Shown one piece after another: positions 56,845-59,135 of a stretch of 59,135 nt of DNA. A program made the translations under genes and the position numbers. Within the stretch, counting starts at the first letter, position 1, and the number at the start of each line of letters is the position of its first letter. Under the pieces are notes generated by a model, which was given only the letters and a program-made list of their open reading frames with translations, ran no database searches and was not told the origin of the DNA. Source of the stretch: a virus (Duplodnaviria; Caudoviricetes); IMG/VR virus record IMGVR_UViG_3300020055_000021, positions 1-59,135 of that record; one strand, written 5' to 3'.

Positions 56845-56917
56845 GCTCCTTTAGCAATCTGGTGAATGCAGCGAACTCATAATTCGCCTGAGGCGTGTTC
56901 GATCCACGCAAGGAGCA
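56845..56917 (+). tRNA. tRNA with CAU anticodon (elongator Met, or Ile2)
   Basis: GCGAA-CTCATAA-TTCGC; paired 1-72 and no triple G-C, so not an initiator. Confidence 0.9.
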
Positions 56918-56921
56918 CCTA

Positions 56922-57004
56922 GGAGGATTGGCAGAGCGGTTAATGCAGCGGTTTGCTAAACCGTGAGGGTAACACCTCCGTTGGTTCGAATCCAACATCC
57001 TCCG
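56922..57004 (+). tRNA. tRNA-Ser(GCU)
   Basis: GCGGT-TTGCTAA-ACCGT; long variable arm; G73. Confidence 0.95.
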
Positions 57005-57008
57005 CCTC

Positions 57009-57080
57009 GGGTTTGTAACTCAATGGTAGAGTACCGGGCTTTTAACCTGTTAGTTGTGGGTTCGAGTCCCACCAGACCCA
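57009..57080 (+). tRNA. tRNA-Lys(UUU)
   Basis: cloverleaf; loop CTTTTAA. Confidence 0.93.
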
Positions 57081-57083
57081 CTA

Positions 57084-57234
<151 letters not shown>

Positions 57235-57308
57235 GGGAGATTAGCTCAGTTGGTTAGAGCGCACGACTGATAATCGTGAGGTGCCTGGTTCGAGTCCAGG
57301 ATTTCCCA
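57235..57308 (+). tRNA. tRNA-Ile(GAU)
   Basis: CACGA-CTGATAA-TCGTG; cloverleaf. Confidence 0.96.
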
Positions 57309-57349
57309 TTCCTCAACAACGCTAGTTGGGGGAGATTGTTTAATATAAC

Positions 57350-57376
57350 AGAAGTCAGTAGCGAGACTTCTTTTTT
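57350..57376 (+). terminator. intrinsic terminator-like hairpin directly before tRNA-Leu
   Basis: AGAAGTC-N8-GACTTCT plus T-run. Confidence 0.6.
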
Positions 57377-57461
57377 GGGAGTGTGGTGGAATCGGTAGAC
57401 ACACCAGACTTAAAATCTGTTGACCATTACGGTCGTGCGAGTTCAAGTCTCGCCACTCCTA
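57377..57461 (+). tRNA. tRNA-Leu(UAA)
   Basis: loop CTTAAAA; long variable arm; no intron. Confidence 0.95.
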
Positions 57462-57496
57462 TCCCACATAAATAATGATGTGTGGAAATCAAAACA

Positions 57497-57763
57497 ATGA
57501 CGTACCATTTAGAACAACGCTATGTATTTTACATGGGTAATGTTGTGAGGATGTACTTCATTCAGGGTATTCCTTATACATTCGATGAATTACCAACGAT
57601 TGTAGAGGATCACCCAGCAGTTCAAACAGAAGCGTTGGCAAACCGCGACTATGATGATGATGAACTTTACCATTGGTCCTCTTATCTTGTTATGGAAGAA
57701 TGCCATCCACTTATGTTTGATATTGCGGTAGATAACCCAGAACTCTTACCACAAGATGATTGA
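57497..57763 (+). CDS. hypothetical protein
   Basis: late promoter ATAAATA at 57468; RMYFIQGIPYTFDE. Confidence 0.8.
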   Translation: MTYHLEQRYVFYMGNVVRMYFIQGIPYTFDELPTIVEDHPAVQTEALANRDYDDDELYHWSSYLVMEECHPLMFDIAVDNPELLPQDD

Positions 57764-58250
57764 TGAATTTCGTAATCGCTTAATTGGGACATTTGAGAAC
57801 AAGAGACAAGCATATCGTAACCCTTCTAGGTTTGCATATGTTCGTATTGTTCATAGTGATATTGACGGCAATCTAATTTATGGAGAGCAGGCATATAAAC
57901 ACTCACTCAATGCCCCCTATCGCAAGTTTGTTCTGGAACCTGTGATGGGTGATGGTCGTTTGGTCGTCAAGAATTATCGAATTACTGGTGAGGGACCAAT
58001 TTCCAAAGACAGCTTGACATACTGTGATGGTTGTGATATACTGTTTAACATGGTCGATGATGTTTTTGTTGGTTCATCTGAGGGTTGTGATTGTTTAGTC
58101 AATCGACGCGGCAGAGTGAGTTATTTCACTACAAAAGCAAAGGTTGGTATCAATTACTATCATGTAATTGATCGTGGTTTTGACCCTACCACTAAAAAAC
58201 AAATGTGGGGAACAGAATATGGTCCCTTTGAATTTATGAAACAACCCTAA
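57756..58250 (+). CDS. cpeT: CpeT/CpcT-like phycobiliprotein lyase
   Basis: G.FENKRQA...P, YGEQAY....PYR, GCD, DRGFDP....WG...GPFEF. Confidence 0.88.
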   Translation: MIDEFRNRLIGTFENKRQAYRNPSRFAYVRIVHSDIDGNLIYGEQAYKHSLNAPYRKFVLEPVMGDGRLVVKNYRITGEGPISKDSLTYCDGCDILFNMVDDVFVGSSEGCDCLVNRRGRVSYFTTKAKVGINYYHVIDRGFDPTTKKQMWGTEYGPFEFMKQP

Positions 58251-58273
58251 ATAATTGAGTGTGGTACAGAGTT

Positions 58274-58744
58274 ATGGACTACCCAGACCCGCATAAACCA
58301 GTCTTGGTATTGAATGGTTCATATGAACCTATTAACATCACGAATTGGAAACGAGCAACTGTTTTACTTCTCAAAGAGAAAGCAGTGATGTTATCTAAAC
58401 GAGTTATCAAACTTGTTAAATACATCAAACTACCATTCACTCGGATGAGAGTTACCCAACCCACTCGTAATATGATTTACCAGAGGGATGGAAACAAGTG
58501 TCAGTACTGCGGTTCGACCAAAAGATTAACAATCGACCATGTTATTCCTAGGTCTAAAGGTGGCGGGGACACATGGGATAATTTGGTAGTTGCCTGCTCT
58601 AGTTGTAATACCAAAAAGTCTGATAAATTACTTGAACATACGGGTATGAAACTAACTAGAGTTCCAAAGGCACCTATCCATCCTATGTTTATGCAACTTG
58701 AAAAATCACGCGATCCTGAATGGCGTGAATATATGTTTATCTAG
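58274..58744 (+). CDS. HNH endonuclease
   Basis: RD...CQYC, TIDHVIPRSKGG..WDNLV.AC..CN..K. Confidence 0.92.
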   Translation: MDYPDPHKPVLVLNGSYEPINITNWKRATVLLLKEKAVMLSKRVIKLVKYIKLPFTRMRVTQPTRNMIYQRDGNKCQYCGSTKRLTIDHVIPRSKGGGDTWDNLVVACSSCNTKKSDKLLEHTGMKLTRVPKAPIHPMFMQLEKSRDPEWREYMFI

Positions 58745-58788
58745 AGGGAGTACAAAAGGTCTGTAGTAGAAACAGACGCCCTCTACAT

Positions 58789-58870
58789 GTCGATGTGGCG
58801 GAATTGGTAGACGCGCTGGGTTTAGGTTCCAGTGGGGTATCCCGTGGAGGTTCAAGTCCTCTCATCGACA
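58789..58870 (+). tRNA. tRNA-Leu(UAG)
   Basis: CTGGG-TTTAGGT-TCCAG; long variable arm. Confidence 0.95.
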
Positions 58871-58874
58871 CTAT

Positions 58875-58948
58875 GGGGTTGTAGCTCAGTTGGTTAGAGC
58901 GCCTGCCTGTCACGCAGGAAGTCGTGGGTTCGAGTCCCATCAGTCCCG
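58875..58948 (+). tRNA. tRNA-Asp(GUC)
   Basis: CCTGC-CTGTCAC-GCAGG. Confidence 0.96.
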
Positions 58949-59001
58949 TTGCTAATGTGGGCATCAGCAGACGCTGCCTAGTAAGTCCTACATTAGCATT
59001 T

Positions 59002-59078
59002 GCCACTATAGCTCAGCTGGATAGAGCAACGGTTTTGTAAACCGTAGGTCGTCGGTTCAAGTCCGACTTGTGGCTCCA
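59002..59078 (+). tRNA. tRNA-Thr(UGU), CCA encoded
   Basis: ACGGT-TTTGTAA-ACCGT. Confidence 0.95.
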
Positions 59079-59135
59079 GGGGAATTAGCTCAATTGGTAG
59101 AGCACCTGCTTTGCAAGCAGGGGGTTAGCGGTTCG
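59079..59135 (+). tRNA. tRNA-Ala(UGC), truncated by window end
   Basis: GGGGAAT start; CCTGC-TTTGCAA-GCAGG. Confidence 0.9.

Noticed and set aside
58274-58744. HNH gene as a mobile element inserted in the tRNA array
   Set aside because: No intron, terminal repeats or target duplication visible; mobility cannot be supported from this sequence

Overview
This window is a 59-kb segment of a T4-like cyanomyovirus genome, probably a marine Synechococcus phage. In order it holds: small genes plus tRNAs and talC (1-4.9 kb); six large virion-type genes with beta-helix, LRR and PA14-like domains (4.9-26.2 kb); an auxiliary metabolic block (outer-membrane beta-barrel, 2 hli, petF, peroxiredoxin, psbA, psbD, glutaredoxin); thyX-phoH-exonuclease-gp33-gp32; the baseplate/tail module (gp53, 48, 2, 4, 19/54-like, 26, 51, two gp29-like, gp27-like, split gp5); then small genes and a tRNA array interrupted by cpeT and an HNH gene. 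There are 15 tRNAs, one truncated. The most notable signals are: (i) an interlocked double glutamine-riboswitch-like RNA with a complete 53-codon ORF inside one of its stems, upstream of a DUF4278-like peptide; (ii) a 69-bp A-tract/palindrome element present three times in gapless register; (iii) a class of weak -35 promoters with a fixed-position upstream TG(G/T)CACA box; (iv) a phycobiliprotein-like KCxRD segment inside a virion protein. All assignments come from reading motifs by eye; no database search was run.
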